From assembly GCA_963575745.1 (NCBI GenBank), contig CAUYUJ010000001.1:3472001-3536000 (forward strand): a stretch of DNA of 64,000 bases. Reading direction: 5' to 3'. The stretch is from Prorocentrum cordatum. Lineage: Eukaryota. Below are positions 12,259 to 25,712 of this stretch, piece by piece (the stretch's first letter is position 1; every line of letters begins with the position of its first letter). The position numbers and the translations under genes are program-made. The notes under the pieces are model-generated. The model saw only the letters and a program-made list of their open reading frames with translations. It was not told where the DNA came from and made no database searches.

Positions 12259-12935
12259 TCCGCCACCGTGCCCTTGAGGCGCGAGTTGGAATGTCCTAAA
12301 GTCCCTTGTTGGATCCCGTGTGGCTTCAGTCCTCAGTCCTGAAAATCTTCAAAGCGCCCAGACCCCAAATTGCCAAATCGTCTGGCCCCTGGGGTTCTTG
12401 GCGTGCCCCCTGGGGCCGGGGGCGTCTTGCCGCATGACCCTTTCGGGTCCACATGAGCCCCAAGACGGGCCACGAGGGTCCGGAGATGCCTTCAAGGCGG
12501 TCCACGAGGGCCCCGAATCGCTAATCAATCGCTCGAGGTCGCGCAAGATAGCCTCCAAGACGCCCCAAGAGGCTTCCAAGAGGCCTCCCAAGAGAGTCCG
12601 ACGAGGCAAACATCATTTAGCTATTCAAAAGAATTTGGACGATTTTGGCGTTATCGCCTTTTCCCGACGCTCCAGGACGGTTTCAGAGGCCCCCAAGAGA
12701 TCCCAAAACGGCCTAAGAGGTCTCCAAGAGGGTCCCAAGACTGCCCAGAGGCCCCCCGAAGTCCCCCAGAAAGCCCCAAGGGGCCCCCAGGAGGCTCCCA
12801 AAAGGTTCCCAAGTGGCCGCCGAACTGCCCCCAACAGGCCCCCGAGAGCGCTCCGAAGAGACCCCTAGAAGCATGCCTGAGAATTCTAGCCCACAATCCA
12901 TGCCCAGTGGCGGCATGGGCCGAAGGCCATTAGAT
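12259..12935 (+). mobile_element. ~680 bp CCAAGA-type element with 5' hairpin, subterminal IR and 3' GGCC-GAA-GGCC hairpin
   Basis: 5' TCCGCCAC then stem CGTGCC/GGCGCG (12267-12283). 3' GTGGCGG (12907-12913) is the reverse complement of CCGCCAC, followed by ATGGGCCGAAGGCCATTAGAT. Confidence 0.7.
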
Positions 12936-13704
12936 CTATGAAATGGATGGAACGCCCACAGTCGGGTCAGTCTGAGTTAGTGCATTACTTTATCTAGGCG
13001 CATTCAAGCTCCACATACGTGCTGTCCTGGTTTGCTGCGCAATCGAATGCATCGTGCCCTCGGCCTCCTTGTGTCGGCACTGACGGGCCACCCAGACAGC
13101 GTCCCATCAAGCGGCAAGAACTGTGCTGGATACTGCTTGGTCCAGGCAAATGCATGTTTGTATGCAGGACCTCCCGAAGGCGTGATCTTTCAAGGGCCTC
13201 GTGACTGAATGTTGGAAGGGCCGAAGCTGGGCACCTCACCTTCGCTCGGGTCACCCGTGCATATTGACTGTTCGTAGCACTTCGTCACCGGCCCAACCTG
13301 ACATTCATCCCAGTCGCACCGAACAGAAGGGTCGACCTGGCCCAAGTCCTCAGCTGGTGCACCAGCCATCACCACAATGGCCCGCCATGCTGATCTCCGC
13401 GGGAGCCTTCAACAATTCACTTTGCACCTCCGTGACAGCATGCATGCTGTCGACGACCAACTTCGAGGGGACCGTACAGTCGCCCTCCTCACCGATAGGG
13501 TCGGACGAGACGGGGGAGTCGGGGTAGCGAGCCAACTCGCGCAGCTGTCTGGCGCGAGGCGGAGCCGGAACGGGCGTGGCAGTGGAGCCGGAAGGGGCCG
13601 CGTGCAGCAGACGTCGGCACCCCCCTTCCCTTTCGCAGGGCCCGGCCCGAGCGACCACAGGGCTGCAGAGGCAGCCACAACGCCCGCAGGTGCTCGGGCG
13701 GAGC

Positions 13705-13865
13705 CCGAGGAGGGGGAGGAGGAGGGGGAGGAGGAGGAGGAGGAGGAGGAGGAGGAGGAGGAGGAGGAGGAGGGGGAGGAGGAGGAGGAGCAGGAGGAGG
13801 AGGGGGAGGAGGAGGGGGAGGAGGAGGAGGAGGAGGAGGAGGAGGAGGAGGAGGAGGAGGAGGAG
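13705..13865. repeat. (GAG)n microsatellite
   Basis: Seen directly. Confidence 0.95.
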
Positions 13866-14135
13866 GGCCCGTCGCCGTGCACGGCCAGGGGAAAGCTTGG
13901 AGGCTTGGAAATTGACACCATCACCAACACAGGGGGTTGCCTCCACCAGGGGAGGATGATCCTAGAATTCGGTGCTGGTGGTAATCTTTCGGCCGCCTGG
14001 GAAGCCAGAATATTACCACCATCGCCGAGATTGGGATATTCTTCCCTCGGTGGAGGCACAACGCCGATATTGGTGTTGGTGTCAACCTCTAGGCCTCCGA
14101 GAAGCAGCCTCCCCTCGACGTTCTACGTCGGGCGC
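13865..14135. repeat. ~270 bp imperfect palindrome (foldback element)
   Basis: Left arm GGAGGCTTGGAAATTGACACCATCACCAAC...TGGTGGTAATC aligns with the reverse complement of the right arm, GGAGGCCTAGAGGTTGACACCAACACCAAT...TGGTGGTAATA. Centre at about 14000. Confidence 0.85.
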
Positions 14136-14289
14136 GCTGCGCCGCCAGGCTGGTCGGCGTCAGCGCCAGCACGCGCCTGATGACTCTCAACATGTTGGCA
14201 TCGAGGCGCTTCTGGAGTGTTCAATCCTAAGCGGCTCGTCTGCAAAAGTCATGCTGTAATGTAGGGTGTGCACTTCGCAAGATCTGGAA

Positions 14290-14540
14290 ACGGTTGCTCG
14301 TGGTCTCGCGCATGGTCATCCGTACGGTGCCCCGTATGCTTTCTATTATGGGTTCCACTATGGTCTCCGGTCTGGTCACCCGTGAGGTTTCCCGCAGGAT
14401 CTCTCTCATGGTCTCACTCATGGTATCGCGTATGGTATCCCATATGGCCTCACCTATGTCTATCATGTGGTCTCCTCTGTGGTCTTTCTCGTGGTATCCC
14501 TTTCGGATTATCTCGTGTACTCTCTGTGATACCCTGCCCC
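14290..14540. repeat. Degenerate 12-bp minisatellite (CGTATGGTCTCC-like)
   Basis: ATGGTCTC/ATGGTATC motifs recur with a period of about 12 bp. Confidence 0.7.
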
Positions 14541-15530
14541 GCCATAATGCAATCTGCACTGCTTCCTTTATAGTTCGGAACCGTTTTTTTTGGTCGGCCG
14601 CCAAGGGTGCAAGTTGAGCGAGCGGCAAAGTTACATCACGTGCGCGTTGAGGTGCGCGTTCTTTAAGGCTGACCAATTCAAACGGCTGTGTTCGACCTGC
14701 GCGAGGAGGATTGTAGGATTGGAGGCGAGGAAGGAGCTTGCTTCCCAACGTATCCGAGCTAATTCCTCCCTCCTCGCCCGACCATGTGCACTTTCCATCC
14801 CAATCCCGTTCCCTGTCGCGCTCCCAATCCAAACCGCTCTGCCATTCCCTTTCTTCTTCTTCTTCTTCTTCTTCTCCCACTCACTTCTCTTCTCCCTCTC
14901 ATCCCCTTCGTTCACTCCCTTCCGTGTCTCTCCTCTTCCCCTCACGTATCCCTTTCACCGCCCGCTCCCTTCCCTCCCCTGTCTCCTCCCCTCTCCCTCC
15001 CTTCCCGGGAGCCCCGACGCTTTGTAGATGCTTGCTGAAAGCGATGCTTGAAAGAGGCAAATTATGCCTGCTGAGCCATGGCGAAATGCTGCGCCAAGGC
15101 GAAATGCTGCGCAAAGACGAAGCCGGACTTCAGTGCCTCCAGCGAAGGAGCATGGATATGGGGGCATGAATAGGAAAAGAAAGAGAAGGCCATGGGAGAG
15201 GGTAGAGGAGAAGCCGAAGGAAGCCAGAGGAAGACATTCAGGAGGAATCAGAGGAAACGCCCCGATGCGTCAAATGCGGTTGGGCCATTTCGGCGCCTCC
15301 GAAGACTGCCATCGAGCGGCGACATCGGGTACTCGGCACTTCCGGCTCAAACCTTGCGGGATATGATCTTCGGTGCAGACTTGATTCGTGATTGCCCCGT
15401 GGTCCAAGGCACGCCTCCAGCCTCGAGAGGCGGAGACCGCACGCCACAGTTGGTATCAGTGAGAGAGCACACTTGCGGACATACGCTCCTTCCCCGCCGT
15501 GGCGCCGAGGGCAGAGCACTTTCTTTTTTA

Positions 15531-15647
15531 TTGCCATATCCTAAGATGGGGTTCTTGTTCCCCATATCCTAAGATGGGGTTCTTGTTCCCCATATCCAAA
15601 GATGGGGTTCTTGTTATTCCCCATATCCAAAGATGGGGTTCTTGTTA
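15531..15647 (+). repeat. Four tandem copies of a 27-31 bp hairpin unit TTCCCCATATCCAAAGATGGGGTTCTTG(TTA)
   Basis: Copies start at 15531, 15558, 15586 and 15617, with a fifth at 20689. Internal stem CCCCAT/ATGGGG. Confidence 0.92.
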
Positions 15648-16560
15648 TTGGCGGACCGCGCCGGAAGGACACAGGACAGAACACCACACCCACCACTCAT
15701 CACGCAGACTCACCACTCAGATTCACTCATCACTCAGTCATCACTCAGACTCAGGCGATTCGCTCGTCTCAGCAATCTAAGGGGGGCGGCGGGGGGGTAT
15801 TTCACGGGGTCCCGTTCGCGGAATTTTGTGGGGATGTCTCAGGCGGTTTGGCCATTTTCTGATCCAGCGTGTTTCGTTTTCGGAGCAGATTTGGAGGATG
15901 TCTCAGGCGATTCGCTCGTCTCAGCACTCTAAGGGGGGCGGTGGGGGGGTATTTCACGGGGTCCCGTTCGCGGAATTTTGTGGGGATGTCTCGAGCGGTT
16001 TGCCTGTTTTCTGTGCCAGCATCCTTCGCTTTCGGAGCAGATTTGGAGGATGTCTCGAGCGAGGCGCTCATTTTCACCCCCCAGGTGGGCCAGATTTTGA
16101 GGATGTCTCGATCGGTTTGCTTGTTTTGGTGGCCAGGCTCGTGGGCGCATATTCTTCTCTGGATGCCACAGGAGGCTCCAACAGGCTCCAGGAGGCCCCA
16201 GGAGACATCATGAGGTCCCAGGAGGCATCAGGAGGCCACAGAAAGACTCAAGAGGCCACAGGATGTCCCAAGAGGCTCCAGGAGGCCCCAGGAAGCTCCG
16301 GACGGCCTCAGGAAACCACAGGAGGCCCCACGAGGCAACAGGAAGCGCCAGGAGGCCTCGGAAGGCAACAGGAGGCCCCGAGAGGCCCCAGGAGCAGGAG
16401 GCTTCAGAAGGCAACAGGAGTGGCTCCAATCCCATGTGTTTTACGTATGCTCCTATCGATTGGGCCTCACCTGGAGCACGAGTCTTTTGATGTTTTACGT
16501 ATGTTTCTATAGATTGTCCTTCTCCTGTGTACACAATCCTACATATTTTACTAATGTTCC

Positions 16561-16612
<52 letters not shown>

Positions 16613-17699
16613 GCCTCTCCTGGGGCACGAGTCCTTTGTGTTTGACGCGTGTTCCTATAGATTGCCCTTCTCCTGTGGCACGAATCCGCAATGGTTTATG
16701 TACGTCTGTTGCTATATATTGCGCCTCTCCTGGGGCACGAAACCTCCCTAGGAGGTCCCAGGAGGCCCCAAGAGGCTCCTGGAGACCCCAGGAAGCCCCA
16801 GTAGGTTTCAGGAGGCCCCAGGAGGCCCGAGGCTCATGCACAAAGACGCGCTCGTACTACTGAGGCTCATTCACACTCCAATTCATTCGCAGTTAGATTT
16901 ATGTCCTGACCGTCACAACTGAAGCCCGTGTATATTCGAAAGCTCTTGCGCCTAGACATTCACGGCGGACAGGTCCATGCGAATAGATGCACATATGGGG
17001 AGCTCCACCAGTGATTATTGGCGGACCGCGCCGGAAGGACACAGAACAGGACAGAACACCACACCCATCACTCAGACACTCATCACTCAGACTCACTCAT
17101 CAAGACTCACTCATCACTCAGACTCAGTCCTCACTCAGACACACCACTCATCACTCAGACTCACCACTCAGATTCACTCATCACTCAGACTCACTCATGC
17201 TCTCTCATCACTCAGACTCAGTCATCACTCAGACTCAGGCGATTCGCTCGTCTCAGCAATCTAAGGGGGGCGGCGGGGGGGTATTTCACGGGGTCCCGTT
17301 CGCGGAATTTTGTGGGGATGTCTCAGGCGGTTTGGCCATTTTCTGATCCAACATGTTTCGTTTTCGGAGCAGATTTGGAGGATGTCTCAGGCGATTCGCT
17401 CGTCTCAGCACTCTGATTCGCTCGTCTCAACAATCTAAGGGGGGCGGCGGGGGGGTATTTCACGGGGTCCCGTTCGCGGAATTTTGTTGGGATGTCTCAG
17501 GCGGTTTGGCCATTTTCTGATCCAACATGTTTCGTTTTCGGAGCAGATTTGGAGGATGTCTCAGGCGATTCGCTCGCCTCAGCACTCTAAGGGGGGCGGC
17601 GGGGGGGTATTTCACGGGGTCCCGTTCGCGGAATTTTGTGGGGATGTCTCAGGCGGTTTGGTCATTTTCTCTTCCAACATGTTTCGTTTTCGGAGCAGA

Positions 17700-17723
17700 T
17701 TTGGAGGAAGAGGAGGAGGAGTC

Positions 17724-17754
<31 letters not shown>

Positions 17755-17959
17755 GGAGGAGGAGGAGGAAGAGGATGAGGATGAGGATGATGATGATGAT
17801 GATGATGCTGATGATGATGATGATGATGAGGGGGAGGAGGAAGAGGAGGAGGATACTGGGGAGGAGGAGGAGGACGATGATGAGGAGAAGGAGGTGAACA
17901 TGAACACGAGTAGGAGCAGTAGAATGGGATGATGATGATGATGATGATGGTGATGCTGG

Positions 17960-18035
<76 letters not shown>

Positions 18036-18040
18036 GGTGG

Positions 18041-18080
<40 letters not shown>

Positions 18081-18420
18081 CGCAACGACGATGGCCGCGC
18101 CGCTTTTTTGATAATCGAGGAGGAGGAGGAGGAGGCGCAGGAGGAGGAGGAGGAGGAGGAAGAGGAGGAGGAGGAGGAGGAGGAGAGGAGGAGCAGGAGG
18201 ACGGGGAGGGGCAGGAGGAGGAGCAGGAGGAACTTCGAACTTCGAGGTCTGGAGGCCCGTTTCGGGCTCCGGCACTGATGATGGTGATGATGATGATGAT
18301 GATGATGATGAGGATGATGAGGAGGAGGGGGAGGGAGGAAGGAGGAGGAGGAGGAGGGGAAGAGGAGGAGCAGGAAGGGGATGATGACGACGATGACGAT
18401 GACAATGAGGACGGGAGGCC
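17700..18420. repeat. Compound (GAG)n/(GAT)n/(GGT)n microsatellite
   Basis: Seen directly; it interrupts array unit 2. Confidence 0.95.
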
Positions 18421-21400
18421 GTACTCGCGAGGGATGAACAACAAGGTAATGATGATGAGGCCGGTACTCGCGGGTTCTACCACGTTCTTACGTGCCAAGG
18501 GTACGGTGGCGGAAATATCAAACCCGTCCCCCTGCGAACACATTTTAAGACAAATATCGTGCCGAGCTCGATCCCCACGTCTTCTCGCACACCACTGGGG
18601 CGCGATTTGTGGGAGTTCCAGAAATGGAACAAGGAGTCATTTGCATTTCGCTGCCACGGAAAAATCCGCGTTCTATTTTCTCTTTCCCCCCCTCCTCCTC
18701 CTCCTCCTCCTCCCTCTCCCTCCCTCCCTCCCTCTCTCTCTCTCTCTCCCTGCCGGCTGTGAGGATGTCTCGAGCGAGCAGGCAGTGCTGTAAGTAGGGA
18801 GCATGTTGCCCACACTCATGCCCACTCACACTCAAACGGAGGACGCGTCAGCAAGGATGTGTAAAACAATCCTATCACGCTCAGAGAGCGTTACAATCTA
18901 CGTTTCGCGTGTCGTGAGGCGTTCCTTGACATATACCCATAGAAAGACTTATCAAGGGATTGATATGCATGGAAATCCATGGAAAGATGTGCCAAGAGAA
19001 TGAGATGCACATATGGGGAGCCCCGTGTCGAGTAATTGGCGGACCGCGCCGGAAGGACACAGAACAGGACAGAACACCACACCCATCACTCAGACACGCA
19101 CGTAAGTTATTCCCCATATCATCACTCAGACTCACTCATGCTCTCTCATCACTCAGACTCAGTCATCACTCAGACTCAGGCGATTCGCTCGTCTCAGCAA
19201 TCTAAGGGGGGCGGCGGGGGGGTATTTCACGGGGTCCCGTTCGCGGAATTTTGTGGGGATGTCTCAGGCGGTTTGGCCATTTTCTGATCCAACATGTTTC
19301 GTTTTCGGAGCAGATTTGGAGGATGTCTCAGGCGATTCGCTCGTCTCAGCACTCTAAGGGGGGCGGCGGGGGGGTATTTCACGGGGTCCCGTTCGCGGAA
19401 TTTTGTGGGGATGTCTCAGGCGGTTTGGTCATTTCTGGGCCCAACATCCTTCGCTTTCGGAGCAGATTTGGAGGATGTCTCGAGCGAGGCGCTCATTTCA
19501 GCACCCCTAAGGGGAGCCGCCAGGGGTGTTTGCACGGGCTCGTTCGCGGCCATTTTGTGGGGATGTCTCAGGCGGTTTGCTTGTTTCTGGGCCCAACATC
19601 CTTCGCTTTCGGAGCAGATTTGGAGGATGTCTCGAGCGAGGCGCTCATTTCAGCACCCCTAAGGGGAGCCGCCAGGGGTGTTTGCACGGGCTCGTTCGCG
19701 GCCATTTTGTGGGGATGTCTCAGGCGGTTTGCTTGTTTCTGTGCCCAACATCCTTCGCTTTCGGAGCAGATTTGGAGGATGTCTCGAGCGAGACGCTCAT
19801 TTTCACCCCCCAGGTGGGCCAGATTTTGAGGATGTCTCGATCGGTTTGCTTGTTTTGGTGGCCAGGCTCGTGGGCGCAGATTCTTCTCAGGATGCCACAG
19901 GAGGCTCCAACAGGCTCCAGGAGGCCCCAGGAGACCACATGAGGTCCCAGGAGGCATCAGGAGGCCACAGAAAGATGTCCCAAGAGGCTCCAGGAGGCCC
20001 CAGGAAGCTCCAGAAGGCCTCGGGAAACCACAGGAGGCCCCAGGAGGCAACAGGAAGCGCCAGGAGGCCTCGGAAGGCAACAGGAGGCCCCGAGAGGCCC
20101 CAGGAGCAGGAGGCCTCAGAAGGCAACAGGAGTGGCTCCAATCCCATGTGTTTTACGTATGCTCCTATCGATTGGGCCTCACCTGGAGCACGATTCTTTG
20201 ATGTTCTACGTATGTTTCTATAGATGGTCCTTCTCCTGTGTACACAATCCTAAATGTTTTACTCATGTTCCTATGTATTGGGCCTCTCCTGGGGCACGAG
20301 TCCTTGGTGTTTTACGCGTGTTCCTATAGATTGCCCTTCTCCTGTGGCTCTAATCCGCACTGTTTTATGTACGTCTGTTGCTATAGATTGCGCCTCTCCT
20401 GGGGCACGAAACCTTCCTAGGAGGTCCCAGGAGGTCCCAAGAGGCTCCTGGAGACCCCAGGAAGCCCCAGTAGGTTTCAGGAGGCCCCAGGAGGCCCCAG
20501 GCTCATGCACAGAGACGCGCTCGTACTACTGAGGCTCATTCACACTCCAATTCATTCGCAGTTAGATTGATGTCCAGACCGTCACAACTGAAGCCCGTTA
20601 ATATTCGAAAGCTCTTGCGCCTAGACATTCACGGCGGACAGGTCCATGCGAGTAGATGCACATATGGGGAGCTCCACGCAGTGAATAATTCCCCATATCC
20701 AAAGATGGGGTTCTTGTTATTGGCGGACCGCGCCGGAAGGACACAGAACAGAACAGGACAGAACACCACACCCACCACTCATCACTCAGACTCACCACTC
20801 AGATTCACTCATCACTCTGACTCACTCATGCTCTCTCATCACTCAGACTCAGTCATCACTCAGACTCAGGCGATTCGCTCGTCTCAGCAATCTAAGGGGG
20901 GCGGCGGGGGGGTATTTCACGGGGTCCCGTTCGCGGAACTTTGTGGGGATGTCTCAGGCGGTTTGGCCATTTTCTGATCCAACATGTTTCGTTTTCGGAG
21001 CAGATTTGGAGGATGTCTCAGGCGATTCGCTCGTCTCAGCACTCTAAGGGGGGCGGCGGGGGGGTATTTCACGGGGTCCCGTTCGCGGAATTTTGTGGGG
21101 ATGTCTCGAGCGGTTTGCCTGTTTTCTGTGCCAGCATCCTTCGCTTTCGGAGCAGATTTGGAGGATGTCTCGAGCGAGGCGCTCATTTTCACCCCCCAGG
21201 TGGGCCAGATTTTGAGGATGTCTCGATCGGTTTGCTTGTTTTGGTGGCCAGGCTCGTGGGCGCAGATTCTTCTCTGGATGCCACAGGAGGCTCCAACAGG
21301 CTCCAGGAGGCCCCAGGAGACATCATGAGGTCCCAGGAGGCATCAGGAGGCCACAGAAAGACTCAAGAGGCCACAGGATGTCCCAAGAGGCTCCAGGAGG

Positions 21401-21673
21401 CCCCAGGAAGCTCCGGACGGCCTCAGGAAACCACAGGAGGCCCCAGGAGGCAACAGGAAGCGCCAGGAGGCCTCGGAAGGCAACAGGAGGCCCCGAGAGG
21501 CCCCAGGAGCAGGAGGCTTCAGAAGGCAACAGGAGTGGCTCCAATCCCATGTGTTTTACGTATGCTCCTATCGATTGGGCCTCACCTGGAGCACGAGTCT
21601 TTTGATGTTTTACGTATGTTTCTATAGATTGTCCTTCTCCTGTGTACACAATCCTACATATTTTACTAATGTT

Positions 21674-21709
<36 letters not shown>

Positions 21710-22439
21710 GCCTCTCCTGGGGCACGAGTCCTTTGTGTTTGACGCGTGTTCCTATAGATTGCCCTTCTCCTGTGGCACGAATCCGCAATGGTTTATGTAC
21801 GTCTGTTGCTATATATTGCGCCTCTCCTGGGGCACGAAACCTCCCTAGGAGGTCCCAGGAGGCCCCAAGAGGCTCCTGGAGACCCCAGGAAGCCCCAGTA
21901 GGTTTCAGGAGGCCCCAGGAGGCCCGAGGCTCATGCACAAAGACGCGCTCGTACTACTGAGGCTCATTCACACTCCAATTCATTCGCAGTTAGATTTATG
22001 TCCTGACCGTCACAACTGAAGCCCATTAATATTCGAAAGCTCTTGCGCCTAGACATTCACGGCGGACAGGTCCATACGAATAGATGCACATATGGGGAGC
22101 TCCACGCAGTGAGTAATTATTACTCGGACGCCGCCGACTCCAGAGAGAAGAGAGAACACACCTTCTCATACACATACTTACTCATACTCAGACCTACTCA
22201 TATTCATACCTTCTCATGGTCTGACTTACGCAGGCCTACCCATACTCAGACTTACTCATGCTCGGACTCCATCAGATCCAGACTTACTCATCCCCAGACT
22301 CGTTCCCAGTTCCCAGACCTGCTCATACACAGACTTACTCATACTCAGACCTACACATACTCAGACCTTCTCCTAGTTTGAATTACTCAACGCACGGACT
22401 GATACCTACTCATACTCAGACCTAGTCATACTCAGACTC

Positions 22440-23890
22440 GCAAAGGGAGCCGCCAAGGGTGTTTTCACGAGCCCGTTCGCGGCCAATTTGTGGGGATGTC
22501 TCAGGCGGTTTGCTCGTATGCCCAACATCCTTTGCTTTCAGAGCCGATGTTGAGGATGTCGCAAGCGGAGCGCTCGTTTCAGCACCCCTAAGGGGAGCCG
22601 CCAGGGGTGTTTTCATGTGCCCGTTCGCAGCCAGTTTCTGGGGATGTCTCAGGCGGTTTGCTCGTTTTCATGCCCAACATCCTTTGCTTTCAAAGCAGAT
22701 TGTGAGGATGTCTCAGGCGGGGCGCTGGTCTCAACACCCCTGAAGGGAGCCGCCAGCGGTGTTTTCACGGGCTCGTTCGCGGCCAACGTGTGGGGATGTT
22801 TCACACGGTTTGCTTGATTTCATGCCCAAGATCCTTTGCTTTCAGAGCAGACTGTGAGGATGTCTCAGGCGGGGCGCTGGTTTCAGCACCCCTTTTCGGA
22901 GCAGATCGTGAGGATGCCTCAGGCGGGGCGCTGTTTCAGCACCCCTAACGGGAGCCGCCAGGGGTGTTTTCAGGTGCCCGTTCCTGGCAGGTTTGTGGGG
23001 GCTCAAGCGGTTTGCTTGTTCTCATGTCCAGCATCCTTTGCTTTCGGAGCAGATTGCGAGGATGTCTGAAGCGGGGTGCTGGTTTCAGCACCTCTAAAAG
23101 AAACCGCCAGGGGTGTTTTCACGGGCCCGTTCGCGGCCAAGTTGTAGGGATGTCTCAGGCGGTTTGCTCGTTTTCATACCCAACATCCTTTGCATTCAAA
23201 GCAGATTGTGAGGATGCCTCAGGCGGGGCGCTGGTTTCAGCACCCCTGAAGGGAGCCGCCAGCGGTGTTTTCACGGGCCCGTTCGTGGCCAGTTTGTGGG
23301 GCGGTCTGAAGCGGTTTGCCCGTGTTCATGCCCGACATCCTTAGCTTGCAGAGCAGATGTTGAAGATGTCTTAGTCGGGGCGCTTGTTTCAACACCCCTA
23401 ACGGGGGGTGTTTTCATGGGCCCGTTCGCGGCCAATTTGTGGGGATGTCTCAAGCGGTTTGCTCGTTTTCATGACCAACATCCTTTGCTTTCAGAACCGA
23501 TTGTGAGGATGTCTCAGGCGGGGCGCTGGTTTCAGCACCCCTAAGGGGGGCCGCCAAGGGTGTTTCCACGGGCCCGTTCGCGGCCAATTTGTGGGGATGT
23601 TTCAAACGGTTTGCTCGTTGTCATGCTCAACATCCTTTGCTTTCAGAGCAGATTGTGAGGATGTCTCAGGCGGGGCGCTGGTTTCAGCACCCCTGAGGGG
23701 AGCCGCCAGGTGGTAGGACACGGGCCCGTTCGCGGCCAGTTTGTGGGGAGGCCTCAAGCGGTTTGCTCGTTTTCATGCCCAACATCGTTGGCTTTCAGCA
23801 CAGATTGTGAGGATGTCTCAGGCGGGGCACTGGCTTCGGCATCCCCAAGGAGAGCCGCCAGGGGTTAGGACACGGGCCCGTTCGCGGGGG
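22440..23890. repeat. ~152-bp tandem satellite, block 1
   Basis: Unit GGGAGCCGCCAGGGGTGTTTTCACGGGCCCGTTCGCGGCCAATTTGTGGGGATGTCTCAGGCGGTTTGCTCG... repeated about 9 times. Confidence 0.95.
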
Positions 23891-24544
23891 AGCAATGATG
23901 TGCACATATGGCCTTGTGTGGCTAAGCGCTCGTTTTACAGATCCCACTGCCAACTATCTTAAACCATATACACATTACCACAGGCTGAGGAGGGCACGGC
24001 CTGGCAGCTGAGGAGGGGGAATGAATGGGAGGCTCATATTCAATCATAATCCAAGCTCGCTCTGACTCGTACTCACTCAGTCGCATCACATAAGATTCAC
24101 TCGTCTTCGTCGGCCCTGTCGCCCATGTGGATGCGCTATTATAATCAAACGCTCATGAACAGACGCTCGCTGTGGCATGGCATAAAACATGATATGCACA
24201 TATGGGAAACTCGACGCAGTGAGTAATTATTACTCGGCCGCCGCCGACTCAAAAACACCTACTCATACACAGACTTACTCATACTCAGACCGGCTCATAC
24301 TCATACCTTCTCATAGTCTGATTTACTCAAACCACAACGTGCAGGCCTCCTCATACTCAGACTTACTCATGCTGGGACTCCTTCAAACCCAGACTTACTC
24401 ATACCCGAACTCGTGCCCAGACCTGCTCACACACAGACTTACTCATACTCAGACCTACACATACTCAGACCTTCTCATACTCTGACTTACTCAACGCACG
24501 GACTGAAACCTACTCATACTCAGACCTAGTCATACTCAGACTCG

Positions 24545-25712
24545 CAAAGGGGGGCCAGCCAGAAGTGCTTTCACAGACCCGTTCGCTGCCACTTTGTGGG
24601 GATGTCTCAAGTGGTTTGCTCGTTGTCATGCCCAACATCCTTTGCGTTCAAAGCAGATTGTGAGGATGTCTCAGGCGGGGCGCTGGTTTCAGCGACCCCA
24701 AGGGGAGCCGCCAGGGGTGTTTTCACGGGCCCGTTCGCGGCCAATTTGTGGGAATGCCTCAGGCGGTTTGCTCGTTGTCATGCCTAACATCCTTTGCTGT
24801 CAGAGCAGACTGTGAGGATGTCTCAGGCGGGGCGCTGGTTTCAACACCCCTAAAAGGAGCCGCCAGTGGTGTTTTCACGGGCCCGTTCGCGGCCAACTTG
24901 TGGGGATGCCTCAAGCGGTTTGCTCGTTGTCATGCCCAACATCCTTCGCTTTCAGAGCAGACTGTGAGGATGTCTCAGGCGGGGCGCTGGTTTCAGCACC
25001 CCTGAAGGGGAGCCGCCAAGAGTGTTTTCATGGGCCCGTTCGCGGCCAGTTTGTGGGGATGTCTCAAGCGGTTTGCACGTGCTCATGCCCAACATCCTTA
25101 GCTTCAAGAACAGATTGTGAGGATGTCTCTGGCGGGGCGCTGGTCTCAGCACCCCTAAGGGGAGCCGCCAGGGGTGTTTTCACGGGCCGTTCGCGGCCAG
25201 TTAGTGGGGATGTCTCAGTTTGTGGGGATGTCTCAGGCGGTTTGCTCGTTTTCATGCCCAAGATCCTTGGCTTTCAAAGCAGATTGTGAGGATGTCTCAG
25301 GCGGGGCGCTGGTTTCAGCACCCCTAAGGGGAGCCGCCAGGGGTGTTTTCACGGGCCCGTTCGCGGCCAATTTGTGGGGATGCCTCAGGCGGTTTGCTCG
25401 TTTTCATGACCAACATCCTTTGCTTTCGGAGCAGATTGTGAGGATGTCTCTGGCGGGGCGCTGGTTTCAGCACCCCAAAAAGGAGCCGCCAAGGGTGTTT
25501 CCACGGGCCCGTTCGCGGCCAATTTGTGGGGATGTTTCAAACGGTTTGCTCGTTCTCATGCCCAACATCCTTTGCTTTCAGAGCAGATTGTGAGGATGTC
25601 TCAGGCGGGCCGCTGGTTTCAGCATCCCTAAGGCGAGCCGCCAGGGGGTAGGACACGGGCCCGTTCGCGGCCATTTTGCGGGGATGTCTTAGGCGGTTTG
25701 CTCGTTTTCATG
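24545..25712. repeat. ~152-bp tandem satellite, block 2
   Basis: Same unit as 22440-23890, about 7-8 copies. Confidence 0.95.

Noticed and set aside
15531..15647. 28-31 bp palindromic direct repeats as a CRISPR array
   Set aside because: The repeats are contiguous with no spacers and are better explained as reiterated element ends.
15826..21627. Duplicated 228-aa ORFs (15826-16512 and 20941-21627)
   Set aside because: Built from satellite and CAGGAGGCC repeats. The frame is broken in the third copy and there are no protein motifs.
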